From positions 608,001 to 672,000 of the forward strand of contig CAVUQH010000003.1 in assembly GCA_963743525.1 (NCBI GenBank): a DNA stretch of 64,000 bases, in the 5' to 3' direction. The notes under the pieces were generated by a model, which saw only the letters and a program-made list of their open reading frames with translations, was not told the origin of the DNA and did no database searches. This DNA is from an uncultured delta proteobacterium (GTDB lineage: Bacteria; Myxococcota_A; Polyangia; Haliangiales; Haliangiaceae). Every line of letters starts with the position of its first letter. Within the stretch, counting starts at the first letter, position 1. A program made the position numbers and the translations under genes. Shown piece by piece: positions 18,074-29,803 of the stretch.

Positions 18074-19042
18074 CTACTTCTTGCGCAGGATGTCGGGTAC
18101 CTCGTCGTCGATGACGTTGCCGCGCTTGTCGGTCTTCTCGACCATCTTGAACGGCTTTTCTTTCACCTGCCGCTTCACCGGCCGGCGTCGCTGAGGCCTG
18201 CGCTCGGGCTTGCGCTCGGCGCGGCGGGGCTCCGTGCGGCGCGGCTCGGTGCGGCGCGGCGCCCGTCGTACGGCGCGGCGCGGCTCGGTGCGGCGCGGCG
18301 CCCGTCGTACGGCGCGGCGGGGCGCGGCGCGGCGCGGCGGCCGCTTCACGGCGCGGCGGACGCGCCTGTCGGTGCGCGAGCGCCGTGCGGTGCGGCGGCG
18401 CTCGACCGCGCGACCGGGTTTCGCGGCCCGGCTGCGGCTGAGCTCTCGGCTGCGCTGCACCGCGCGGCTGCGGCGCACGCGGCGCGGCTTGCTGGCGGTG
18501 CGGGTCTTCTTCCTGGCAACCGGCCGCCGCGGTTCGCTGCGGACGACCGCGCGGGTCGGCTCGGAGCGCTGCATCACCCGGGCGCGGGCGATGGTCTTGC
18601 CCAGCTTGCGCGACAGCTTGCGCAACAGACCGCTCGACATCGAGCGATCGCGCAGCGACACCGCGAAGCCCTTGAGCAGCTCGCCGTCGGCGCCGGAGAA
18701 GATGCGCAGGTGGAGGATGTAGCGACCGCTGCGCTGCTCCACCCGGCCGCCGACCACCGCGTCGGCTTCGATCGCGTGGGAGACGCGGGCGACGTGGGGC
18801 GCCTTGAAGGTTTCGGCGTGCATTCTCCGCGCGGCTCGCTCGTAGGCGCGCGACGACACCAGCTCGAAGCGGTCTTCGAGGGCGTCGCGGATGTCTTCGC
18901 TGAGCATCGTCAACCGGGTGCCGGCGAAGTCGAGGACCACCACCCGGCGCTCGGCCCGTGCGGGCGATGCACCGCCCGCGACCGTCCCGGCGCCGATGGC
19001 CAGGAGGATGGCGAGCCGGAGGGCGGAGGCCTGGTTCCTCAT
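18074..19042 (-). CDS. Exported protein: alpha/beta domain plus very Arg-rich C-terminal tail
   Basis: Signal peptide ending PARA; VVVLDF...ADAVVGGRV...LHLRIF domain; tail with RRAVRRAPRRTEP repeats. Confidence 0.6.
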   Translation of the reverse strand: MRNQASALRLAILLAIGAGTVAGGASPARAERRVVVLDFAGTRLTMLSEDIRDALEDRFELVSSRAYERAARRMHAETFKAPHVARVSHAIEADAVVGGRVEQRSGRYILHLRIFSGADGELLKGFAVSLRDRSMSSGLLRKLSRKLGKTIARARVMQRSEPTRAVVRSEPRRPVARKKTRTASKPRRVRRSRAVQRSRELSRSRAAKPGRAVERRRTARRSRTDRRVRRAVKRPPRRAAPRRAVRRAPRRTEPRRAVRRAPRRTEPRRTEPRRAERKPERRPQRRRPVKRQVKEKPFKMVEKTDKRGNVIDDEVPDILRKK

Positions 19043-19168
19043 GGCCGTTGGAACTGCAACCCCGGGGCCGCTCATAACTATTCGATTTTACTTGGTCGGC
19101 CATGTGGGCCGTTGGGGCACACGCTCCCACTTCGTCGACTCGGGCCCCCACCATTACTATGGGCGTCC

Positions 19169-20658
19169 ATGACCGCGGCCGCGCAGCTGTTCGACGCCCT
19201 CGGCGCCGCCACCACCGGGATCCGCACGGACGCCACGCGGATTGCCGGCCCGGCCCTGCTCGACCGGGCGCGCCGCTACGCAACCGGCCTGCGTGGGCTC
19301 GGCATCGCGCCCGGCGATCGCGTCGCCGCGCTGGCTCATCCGTCGGTCAACCTGGTCGTCGCCAACCTCGGCTGCTACATCGCCGGCGCCGTCCACGTGC
19401 CGATCAACACCCGCTACCGCGGTGCCGAGATCGCGCACATCCTGACCGACAGCGGCGCCCGCGCCATCGCCGCCGACGCCGCCGGCAGCGAGACCCTGGC
19501 CGCCGTGGACGCGGCCGCCGGCTTGCCGCGCATCGGCCTCGACGGCGCCGACGGCGATCGCCGCGCCGATGACGACGCCGCACCGCTGCCGCTGCCGTCG
19601 CCATCGGACCGCGCGCCGGCGCTGCTGATCTACACCTCCGGCACCACCGGCAAGAGCAAGGGGTCGAGCTGTCGTTCGCCGCCGTGGTCGGCAACATGGA
19701 CGCGCTCACCCGCGCATGGGGCTGGACCGCGGGCGAGACGCTATCGCTGATGCTGCCGCTGTTCCACGTCCACGGCCTGTGCATCGGCGTCCACGGCGGC
19801 ATCTTGCGCGGCGTCAACATCCTTTTGCACCGCGGCTTCTCCGCGCCGGCGCTGGTCGCCGATGTCCGCGATCGCGGCGCGACCATCTTCATGGGTGTGC
19901 CGACGATGTATCGGTTCCTACTCGAGCACCTCGACGCGCATCCCGGCGACGCAACGGCGCTGGCCCGGGCGCGGCTGTTCACCTCGGGCAGCGCGCCGCT
20001 GCCGGCCGACGATTTCGATCGCTTTCGCCAGCTGACCGGCCACGCCATCCTCGAGCGCTACGGCATGAGCGAGACGCTCATCACCCTGTCGAACCCGCTC
20101 GACGGCGAGCGCCGCCCCGGCTCGGTCGGGCTGCCGGTGCCCGGCTGCGAGCTGCGCATCGTCGGCGAAGACGGCGCTCCGTGCCCGCCGGAGACCCCCG
20201 GCGAGCTGCAGGTCCGCGGCATCTCGCTGATGACCGGCTACTTCGGCAACCCCGAGGCGACCGCCCGCGAGTACGACGGCGACTGGTTCCGCACCGGCGA
20301 CGTCGCCGCCGCCGACCCCGACGGCTACGTGCGCATCCTCGGCCGCACCTCGGCCGACATCATCAAGAGCGGCGGCTTCAAGATCGCCGCGCGCGAGATC
20401 GAAGAAGTGATCGCGCGTCACCCGGCGGTGCGCGAAGTCGCGGTCTACGGCGCCCCGGATGCGACCTGGGGACAGACCGTCGCCGCCGCGATCGTTCCCG
20501 CCGCCGGCACCAATCCGGATGCCGACGCGCTGCTGGCCGAGCTGGCGGCGCTGGTCAGCGAAGAGCTGGCCGACTACAAGAAGCCGCGCCGCCTGCAGCT
20601 CCTTCCCGAGCTGCCGCGCAACGCCCTGGGCAAGCTGCAGAAACACCGTCTCGGCTGA
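19169..20658 (+). pseudogene. Acyl-CoA synthetase (MatB-like), split by a 1-nt deletion at 19660-19663 (probable sequence error)
   Basis: YTSGTTGKSKG in one frame continues as VELSFAAVVGN...LPLFHVHGL, ERYGMSET, WFRTGD, PRNALGK in the next; GGGG where GGGGG restores the frame. Confidence 0.85.
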
Positions 20659-20756
20659 AGGTGCGCGCGTGTGCGCGCGATCCGCGACGGAGCAGGCTGC
20701 TTCGCCGCGGCGCAGGCAGGTGCGGGCCGACCGCGCGGTTTCGCGGGCTTCGCCGC

Positions 20757-20772
20757 CGGCACGACGCCTGCA
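20757..20772 (+). promoter_or_regulatory. Putative sigma54 (-24/-12) promoter
   Basis: CGGCACGACGCCTGCA, GG-N10-GC, upstream of the MBL hydrolase + EBP operon. Confidence 0.6.
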
Positions 20773-20806
20773 CTACCAGCGGTCGACCATGCAGAAAGGC
20801 CTGCCG

Positions 20807-21645
20807 ATGACCAACTTCACCCTTCAGTTTCACGGCGTCCGCGGTTCGATGGCGAGCCCGGGTGTCGACACCGCCGCCGTCGGCGGCAACACCAGCTGCG
20901 TCGAGCTGACCTGTGGCGACAGCCGCATCGTGCTCGACGCCGGCACCGGCCTGCGCCGACTGGGCGACGAGCTGGTGGCCGCCGGCCCGTCGGAGACGAC
21001 GATCCTGCTCAGCCACGTGCACTGGGATCACATCCAGGGGCTGCCGTTCTTCACGCCGGTCTATGTTCCCGGCCACCGCGTCGAGGTGCTGAGCGGTCCC
21101 AACGGGGTGATGCCGCTGGAGGCGGTGCTGCGCCGGCAGATGTCGCCGCCGTGCTTTCCGGTGGCGTTCGACGACATCTCGTCGCAAGTGAGCGCGCGCG
21201 ACCTGGCCGCGGCCGAGCGATTCACCATCGGTGGCGCGCAGGTGACCATGCGCCGGCTCAACCACCCGGACCCGGTGTACGGCTACCGCATCAACTACCG
21301 CGGCAACTCGGTGGTGTACGCCACCGACACCGAGCACTTCGCGTGCGTCAACCCGACCTTGCGCCAGCTGGCGGCCGGCGCCGACGTGCTGATCTACGAC
21401 GCGCAGTACACGCCCGAGGAGTATCCGTCGCGGCTGGGCTGGGGCCACTCGACCTTCGAGGCGGCCGCCGAGCTGGCGCGCGCGGCCGGGGTCGGCACCC
21501 TGGTGCTGTTCCACCACGATCCCAAGCGCAGCGACGCCGACGTCGCCGCGCTGGAGCTGCGGGCGCGCGAGCGGTTTGCCAGTACGATGGCCGCCCGTGA
21601 GGGGCAGCGCCTGGAGATCGCGGCGGGCTCGCTCGCCGAGGCGGC

Positions 21646-21649
<4 letters not shown>
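20807..21649 (+). CDS. MBL-fold metallo-hydrolase (phosphodiesterase-like)
   Basis: [48 protein letters not shown]. Confidence 0.88.
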
Positions 21650-23174
<1,525 letters not shown>

Positions 23175-23178
<4 letters not shown>

Positions 23179-24518
23179 CCAAAGACCCGGCGGATGAAGT
23201 CGTTCTCGAACAGACCGTAGGGATCGAGGTCGCGGCGAATGGCGTCGAAACGATCGAACATCGGGTAGGCGTCGCGCAGCTCGTCGCGGGTGGACAGGAA
23301 CTCCTTGCCCCAGTGCGGGCGTCCGCCCATCGGCAGACACATCTCCTCGATGCCGCGGAAGTACGGCTCGCACGACGGGCAGTCGCCGATGTAGGCGCCG
23401 AGCTGGCACGAGTCGCGGCCGGACGCGCCCGACAGCATGGTGTCGTCGGCGGCGACGAAGCGGACCTCGACGATGAAGTTGACGTACAGCCGCTCGCGGT
23501 CGATCAGCTCGGCCAGCCCGGCCAGGGCATCGGCGGCGCGCTCGCGCGGGACGCCGAACTCGGCCTCGCGGTGAACCGGCGGCATGGTCAGGTTGAACAC
23601 CCGATCGCTGCGGGCGACTCGGCTGCCGGGGCTGAAGTAGGCCTTCGCGATCAGCTTGTTGATCGCCGGGGTCATCGCCGGTCGCCGCGCCGACAGCGAC
23701 AGCATGCCTGCGAACGCGCGCTCGTTGAGGAACGTGTCGACCGCCGCCGGCAGATCGATCGCCCGTCCGGTGCTCAGGTGAAGGGCGCCCTCGGCCACGC
23801 GCACGAGCGCGCCGGGCTCGTCGGGTGGCTCGCCGGTGCGGTCGAGGGTCGATATGCGCACGGCGCGGGTGTGCGGCAACCACCACAACTTGACGTGCTC
23901 GCCGCCGCGGGCGATCTCGTCCATTCGCGCCAGCGCGTCGTCGAGGTCGACGACGGTGACCCGTTCGCGCAGGTTGAACGCCGGCTCGCACTGCAGGGTC
24001 ACCCGGGTGACGACGCCGAGGGCGCCCAGGTGCACGCGGGCGGCCGACAGCATCTCGGCGTCGTCTTCGCCGATGTCCAGCGGCTCGCCGCTGGCGCGGA
24101 TCAGACGCAGCGACAGCACCCCGGTCGAGATGCAGCCGAAGCCGACGCCGCTGCCGTGAGTGCCGGTGGCGATGGCGCCGGCGGCGCTCTGTTGCGAGAT
24201 CGATCCGAGCACCGGCAGCGCCAGGCCGTGGGTGGCCAGGGCGTCGTTGAGTTGGTAGAGGCGAATCCCTGCCTCGACGGTGACCCGGGCTCGCTCCCGG
24301 TCAACCTCGAGGACGCGGTTCATGTTGTCGAGGCTGAGCAAATGACCGTCGGTGACCGCCGCGTCCGACCAGGAGTGGCCGCCGCCGATCACCTTGACCG
24401 TGTGACCGCGGGTGGCCGCCGCGCGAACGATTCCCGCCACCTCCTCTTCGTTGCTCGGGCGGTGGACGGCGTAGGGGCGGAAGCGGTGGACGCGGGACCA
24501 GTTCCTCTGCTCGTACAT
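23175..24518 (-). CDS. FAD-linked sugar-lactone oxidase family protein (ALO/GULO-like)
   Basis: [50 protein letters not shown]. Confidence 0.88.
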
Positions 24519-24598
24519 GCTGCTCCGGGACCGCCGGCCTGGCCGATCGGTGGGGCCAGCGTAACGCATCTCCGTGCTAGCATGCGTGCGCTGGGGGC

Positions 24599-26683
24599 AT
24601 GCGAAATCGCTGGTATCACCGGGCGACGTTGCACGTCGGGGGCGACGGGGTCGAGAAACGAGCGACCTGGCTGGAGCTGTTCTACGACCTGATCTTCGTC
24701 GCTGCGTTCATTCAGCTCGGCGAAGGCCTGGCGGGCCACGTGTCGTGGGACGGCTTCGCCCTGTTCGGCGGCGTCTTCGCCTGTCTGTGGATCGCGTGGA
24801 CCGGCTTCACGTTCTTCGTCAACCGCTTCACGGTCGACGATCTGGTCCACCGGCTGGCGGCGTTCGTGCAGATGTTCTCGGTCGGCGCCATGGCGGTGAC
24901 CGCGCACCAGGTGCTGGAAGGCAACCGCACGCCGTTCGCCCTGTCGTTCGCCGTCGCCCAGGTGATGGTCGGGCTGTTCTATCTGCGCGCCTGGCGGCAG
25001 GTGCCGGAAGGGCGGGCGTACGCCGCCTACTGGGGGCTGGTGTTCCTCGGCGCCGGCGGCTTGTGGGCGGCGTCGGTGCTGGTGCCGGGCGGCAACGGCC
25101 ACATCCTGTGGCCGATCGGCGTCCTGGTGGTGCTGGCGTCGCCGCTGAGCAAGCGCTCGCGCCAGCTGGAGCACGAATATCCGATCGATCAGGAACACCT
25201 GTCCGAGCGCTACGGCCTGCTGACGCTGATCGTCCTCGGCGAGTCGTTCGTCAAGGTGCTGTCGTCACTGCGCGCCGGCGACACCGAGTGGCAGGCGATC
25301 CTGCAGATGAGCACCTCGCTGCTGATCACCTGCTGCATCTGGTGGATCTACTTCGACGACGTCGCCGGCTCGCGGGTCAAGAAGCAGCGGCTTGCCGGCA
25401 CCATCTGGTTGTACGCGCACCTGCCGCTGCAGATCGCGGTCACCGGCGTCGGCGTGGCGATCAAGAGCGCGGTCCACTTCGATCTGTCGGTGCCGGCGCC
25501 GGAGGGCTATCGCTGGCTGCTGGCGGGCACCCTGGGCTTGACCATGCTCAGCGTCGCCGTGATCGACTCGGTCACCGAGCGCCGCCAGGCCGAGCTGTCG
25601 GACCGGGCGCGGGTCAATGTGCGCAGCGCGTCAGCAGTCCTGATGTTGCTGCTGGCGCCGGCCGGCGGCGGCATGTCCGCGCTGACGTTCATGATCCTGG
25701 TGACCACGGTCTGCGTCTCCCAGGTGGTGTTCGATCTGATGATGGCCCCGCTCGAGGCGATGCCGACCAAGGTCGAGATGGTCACCACCTCGGAGCTGGC
25801 ACGCCGCCGCGCCGCCGGTGACCTGACCGCGATCCGCTCGCGCCGCGCGGTGAGCGACGCCGTGCGCAAGGGCGCGCCGGCCGAGCTTCGCCGTGACTTC
25901 TACTTCTGGTTCATCGAGGGCAGCTGGAAGCGCTTCTTCCTCGCGCTGCTGTTCCTCTACGTCACCTCCAACGTCTTCTTTGCCGGCCTGTACATGCTCG
26001 AGCCCGGCTGCATCCACGGCGCCCGCCTCGACTCGTTCCCCGACGCCTTCTTCTTCAGCGTGCAGACGCTGTCGACCATCGGCTACGGCGCCATGTCGCC
26101 GGCGTCGACCTACGGCAACTTCGTGGTCACTGCCGAGGCGGCCATCGGTCTGGCTGGCGTGGCCCTGGCGACCGGCTTGCTGCTGGCCAAGGTCAGCCGG
26201 CCGCGGTCGAGCGCCCTGTTCAGCAACGTGATGGTGGTCACCAGCCGCAACGGCGTTCCGCATCTGGTCTTCCGGGTCGGCAACGCCCGCGGCAACGAGG
26301 TGGTCGACGCCACCTGCACGCTCACGCTGTTGCGCGACGAGTTCACCGAGGAGGGGGAGCACATGCGCCGCCTCCACGACCTGGCCCTGGTTCGCGCGCG
26401 CCAGCCGATGTTCATCCTCGGCTGGACGGTGATGCACGCCCTGGACGAGAACAGCCCGCTACGCGGCGTCGATTTTTCCGACCGGGAGAACGCGTCGCTG
26501 TCGATCATCGTGACCATCCTCGGCCACGACGGCACCTACGGCCAGACCGTCTACGCCCGCCACATCTACTACGCCGACGACATCCGCATGGGCCACCGCT
26601 TCGTCGACGTGGTCAGCCAGCTCACCGACGGTCGCACCCTGGTCGACTATGAGCGCTGGCACGACACCGAGCCGCTGGCGTAA
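24599..26683 (+). CDS. LtrA-family membrane domain fused to KirBac inward-rectifier K+ channel
   Basis: WLELFYDLIFVAA and HLSERYGLLTLIVLGESF (LtrA); FFFSVQTLSTIGYG filter and WTVMHALDENSPL (Kir cytoplasmic domain), all in one frame. Confidence 0.85.
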   Translation: MRNRWYHRATLHVGGDGVEKRATWLELFYDLIFVAAFIQLGEGLAGHVSWDGFALFGGVFACLWIAWTGFTFFVNRFTVDDLVHRLAAFVQMFSVGAMAVTAHQVLEGNRTPFALSFAVAQVMVGLFYLRAWRQVPEGRAYAAYWGLVFLGAGGLWAASVLVPGGNGHILWPIGVLVVLASPLSKRSRQLEHEYPIDQEHLSERYGLLTLIVLGESFVKVLSSLRAGDTEWQAILQMSTSLLITCCIWWIYFDDVAGSRVKKQRLAGTIWLYAHLPLQIAVTGVGVAIKSAVHFDLSVPAPEGYRWLLAGTLGLTMLSVAVIDSVTERRQAELSDRARVNVRSASAVLMLLLAPAGGGMSALTFMILVTTVCVSQVVFDLMMAPLEAMPTKVEMVTTSELARRRAAGDLTAIRSRRAVSDAVRKGAPAELRRDFYFWFIEGSWKRFFLALLFLYVTSNVFFAGLYMLEPGCIHGARLDSFPDAFFFSVQTLSTIGYGAMSPASTYGNFVVTAEAAIGLAGVALATGLLLAKVSRPRSSALFSNVMVVTSRNGVPHLVFRVGNARGNEVVDATCTLTLLRDEFTEEGEHMRRLHDLALVRARQPMFILGWTVMHALDENSPLRGVDFSDRENASLSIIVTILGHDGTYGQTVYARHIYYADDIRMGHRFVDVVSQLTDGRTLVDYERWHDTEPLA

Positions 26684-26695
26684 CATGGTGGTTCG

Positions 26696-27493
26696 ATGCG
26701 CGCCGCGCTGCTCGTGACCACCCTCGTCCTGGCCCCTGCCTGCGCGACCAGCTCGGCCGGCCCGGACGCCTCGGCCTCGACCGGGGACGCCGGCGGCGGC
26801 GGGGACGGGGCACCGGGGGACACCGACGCCGCGCACAGCGCCGATGCGTCCCCGGCCGATGCCTCGATCGGTCCGGACGCCTGCGTGACCGGGACCGTCA
26901 ACAGCTGCGCCAGCTGTGGCGACGTCTGCCCCGGCGTCGGCGTGCTCAACGGCGCGCCGGCGTGCGAGTCGATGACCTGCCTCTTCCGCTGCGCCGGAGA
27001 GAGCTACGACGTCAACGGCGACCTCGGCACCGGCTGCGAGCAGAGCGACGCGCCGACCGGCAACCACAGCTCGGGCGGCGCCGTCGACCTGGGCAGCCTG
27101 CCGTGCGACGACGGCTCGAGCAATCCCAACATCAGCGGCGTCATGGTCAGCGACGCACGCGAGCACGCGCCGTCGATCCTCGGCTTCAACACCACCACCG
27201 GCTCGGCGCCGGACTTCTACACCATCTACGCCGACGGCGGCACGTTCTGCCAGGACGACATCAACATCACCCTGGCGGTGAGTGGGTCGTCCAGCCCGAC
27301 CTGCTACAAGCTGACCGCCGATACCAGCAAGGGGCCGTACATCTGTCAGACCGGCAGCGGCGGCAGCTGCAGCATCAGCAAGGGATCGGGCTCGTACAAC
27401 GACAACACCACGATCCTGATCAAGGTCGAGAAGACCTGCCCCGCCGCCAGCGTGCGCGAGCGGGTGACCTATTCCGTGACCGGCCACCTGTGA
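26696..27493 (+). CDS. Cys-rich lipoprotein, hypothetical
   Basis: LAPAC lipobox; DAG linker; CASCGDVC...DVNGDLGTGCE Cys motifs. Confidence 0.7.
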   Translation: MRAALLVTTLVLAPACATSSAGPDASASTGDAGGGGDGAPGDTDAAHSADASPADASIGPDACVTGTVNSCASCGDVCPGVGVLNGAPACESMTCLFRCAGESYDVNGDLGTGCEQSDAPTGNHSSGGAVDLGSLPCDDGSSNPNISGVMVSDAREHAPSILGFNTTTGSAPDFYTIYADGGTFCQDDINITLAVSGSSSPTCYKLTADTSKGPYICQTGSGGSCSISKGSGSYNDNTTILIKVEKTCPAASVRERVTYSVTGHL

Positions 27494-28280
27494 GCAGCAG
27501 CGCGGCCAGCGCCAGGGCCATCCAGCCCGAGGCGCCGCCGCCGGACGCGCAGCCGCCCGCCGGGTGATCGGCGATGAACGGATCGATGAAGGTGGCGACG
27601 TGGGCGTCGACCCGCTCGTCGAGCGACAGCGTGCTGCAGGCGCCGCGCGAGTGCACGCCGGTCAGCTCGAGGCCGGCGCCGTCGTCGTACAGCGTCGCTC
27701 CGCCCGAGTCGCCGGGACAGACCGAGGCCGGGACCGGGCCGCCGTTGATCGCCAGCTGCTTGTCGGCATAGCCGACCAGCCGCGACAGGCCGGCCCGGCG
27801 AATCCCGGCGTCGTCGCTGCCGTAGTTGGTCAGGCCGAAGCCGACCAGGGTCACTGGATTGCCCACGTCGGCGTCGCTGATCGGGCGCCCGCGCATCGGG
27901 ATCGGCGCCACCGGCGCGTCGCGCTCGAGGGCGACCAGGCCGATGTCGTTGTCGTTGTCGTAGAACGCCCAGCCGGGATAGCCGAGCAGCTCGGTGGCCG
28001 CGATTCGCCGCCCGCCGCGGGCCAGGTCGTCGCCGAAGAAGACCTCGACCCGACCGGTGATGGTGTACGCGGCGGCGATGCAGTGGGCGGCTGTGACCAC
28101 CACCCGCGGCGCGACCACGGTGCCGCTGCAGAACGGCGCGCCGTCGATCAGCAGCAGGACGACCGCGTCGAGCTCCGGCGCCGGCTCGCCCGCCGAGATC
28201 GCCTCGCTGGTGCGGCCGACGTCCGGATCGGCGCAGCCGGCCAGGGCGATCGCGAGCAGGACGAAGAGGGGCAGCCGCAC
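27420..28280 (-). CDS. Trypsin-like (S1) serine protease with MYXO-CTERM-like tail
   Basis: TAAHC, DNDIGL, CPGDSGG triad; lipobox LAGC; GGCASGGG + hydrophobic helix + Arg tail. Confidence 0.88.
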   Translation of the reverse strand: MRLPLFVLLAIALAGCADPDVGRTSEAISAGEPAPELDAVVLLLIDGAPFCSGTVVAPRVVVTAAHCIAAAYTITGRVEVFFGDDLARGGRRIAATELLGYPGWAFYDNDNDIGLVALERDAPVAPIPMRGRPISDADVGNPVTLVGFGLTNYGSDDAGIRRAGLSRLVGYADKQLAINGGPVPASVCPGDSGGATLYDDGAGLELTGVHSRGACSTLSLDERVDAHVATFIDPFIADHPAGGCASGGGASGWMALALAALLLTGGRSRNRSPARARWRRGRSSRP

Positions 28281-28299
28281 CCCCCGATGATACCCGCGC

Positions 28300-29145
28300 T
28301 CAGCCGCCGGACGGCGCGTCCGTCGCCGCCGGAGTGCCCGCCGTGTGCGTCGGCGCTGTTTCGTCCGGTTCTTCGCCGGGCGGGAAGATGTTGACGATGC
28401 GCCACGGCGCCATGTCGAGGTGGAAATGATCCTGGTGGCCGGGCTCGGCCGGGCCGAGCATCACGCGGAACAGCCCCGGCTCGTCGATGAGCCGCTGCGC
28501 CAGCGTGTGCAGGAACTTGCTGTGTACGGCGCCGACGCCGCGGGTTGCGCCCCAGTGCTTCTGCACGCGCACCTGAAAGGCGCGCCGCAGCCGCGCCGGC
28601 ACTCCGGGCGCCTTCTTCCTGGAGATCCAGGCGAAGTCGAACCCCTCCACGTCGAGCGCGTTGCCCAGCCCGTGCTCGCTGACGAAGGTCGGCCACAGGC
28701 GAATGCGCCGGCAGTAGAACGAGCCCAGATGTTTGATCCGCTTCGGCGCCCGGCCGTAGAACTCGATCGACGTGTCGCGCACGATCTCCTCGAAGCGACG
28801 CAGGTGCTCCTCGAATCCGACGTAGATGTGCAGCGGCTTGTGATAGCGGATCACCGAGCCGCGGTACCGCTCCAGCTCGACCTCGGGACAGTGGATCCGG
28901 CCGCGCGCCGGTACCTCCCGCGACACCATGTCGAGGCCGTAGGTCGGCGCCGGCGGCGGCTCCGGCGCGACGGGGGCCTCCACCTCGCCGGGCGGCATCA
29001 TCAGCTTCTTCTCGGGCGGGGCCGCCGGCTCGGTCGCTGCCGGCGCCGCGACCACGGGCGCCTCGGTCACCGGTGCCGGCTCCACCGGCGCGGATCCGCA
29101 CGCTCCCAACAACACTGCGCACACACCAATGGCCCCGGGTCGCAC
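28300..29145 (-). CDS. Extensin-like C-terminal domain lipoprotein (peptidase M15-like fold)
   Basis: LLGAC lipobox; GSFYCRR, SEHGLGNALDV, HQDHFHLD. Confidence 0.8.
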   Translation of the reverse strand: MRPGAIGVCAVLLGACGSAPVEPAPVTEAPVVAAPAATEPAAPPEKKLMMPPGEVEAPVAPEPPPAPTYGLDMVSREVPARGRIHCPEVELERYRGSVIRYHKPLHIYVGFEEHLRRFEEIVRDTSIEFYGRAPKRIKHLGSFYCRRIRLWPTFVSEHGLGNALDVEGFDFAWISRKKAPGVPARLRRAFQVRVQKHWGATRGVGAVHSKFLHTLAQRLIDEPGLFRVMLGPAEPGHQDHFHLDMAPWRIVNIFPPGEEPDETAPTHTAGTPAATDAPSGG

Positions 29146-29232
29146 CTACCTATCAACGCCCCGGGCCAGGCTTTCGATCCACGAAAACCACGAGATCCGG
29201 ATCAGCCCGGACACCCACAAGCGTCCATCCAC

Positions 29233-29296
29233 GGGGACACGCACGTGGGTCGCAACCATCCGAAACCAATTGGTTTCTCAGCGCAAATGACCAATC
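29233..29296. repeat. Dispersed 64-nt element, copy B
   Basis: GGGGACACGCAC...CAAC...GAAAC...GCGCAAATGACCAATC; same length and blocks as the other copies. Confidence 0.85.
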
Positions 29297-29300
29297 CGGA

Positions 29301-29801
29301 TCAGCCGCCGTCGAGGTGGAGGTCGAGCAGCTGGACGTCGAGGATCTGGCCGAGCTTCTCGCCGACCCGGCGCATGGTCGCGAACTGATTGAAGCCGACC
29401 GCCCGGTGGAGGGCCATGCTCGGCCCCTCGGCCGGGCCGGCAACGCGGGCGAGCAGGACCCCGAGCCCGGCGGCGCGCCCCCGCTCGATCAGCGCCTCGA
29501 GCAGCGCCCGCCCAACCCCGCGCCCCCGGTGATCGGCGTGGACGTAGACCGACACCTCGGCTGCCCGCGCGTACGCGCACCGCGGTGACCACGGCGACGA
29601 GCACGCCCAGCCGATCACCGCGCCGTCATCGTCGGCGACCACCGCCGGGTGGCGGGCGGTCGCGTGCGCGGCAAGCCACGCCCGCCGCGCTTCCATGGTC
29701 ATCGGATCGGTGTCGAAGGTGGCGATGCTCTCGTGCACCTCGCGGTTGTAGATCTCGTTGATCGCTTCGAGATCGTCCGGCGCGGCGCCACGGATTCGCA
29801 T
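29301..29801 (-). CDS. GNAT N-acetyltransferase (phosphinothricin acetyltransferase-like)
   Basis: IYN..V..SIATFD, EVSVYVH...RGRGVGRALL, SMALHRAVGF...VGEKLG. Confidence 0.9.
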   Translation of the reverse strand: MRIRGAAPDDLEAINEIYNREVHESIATFDTDPMTMEARRAWLAAHATARHPAVVADDDGAVIGWACSSPWSPRCAYARAAEVSVYVHADHRGRGVGRALLEALIERGRAAGLGVLLARVAGPAEGPSMALHRAVGFNQFATMRRVGEKLGQILDVQLLDLHLDGG

Positions 29802-29803
29802 CG

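Noticed and set aside
19651..19670. Programmed ribosomal frameshifting at the four broken genes
   Set aside because: No slippery heptamer or shared signal; directions are mixed and the gene families have no recoding precedent known to me
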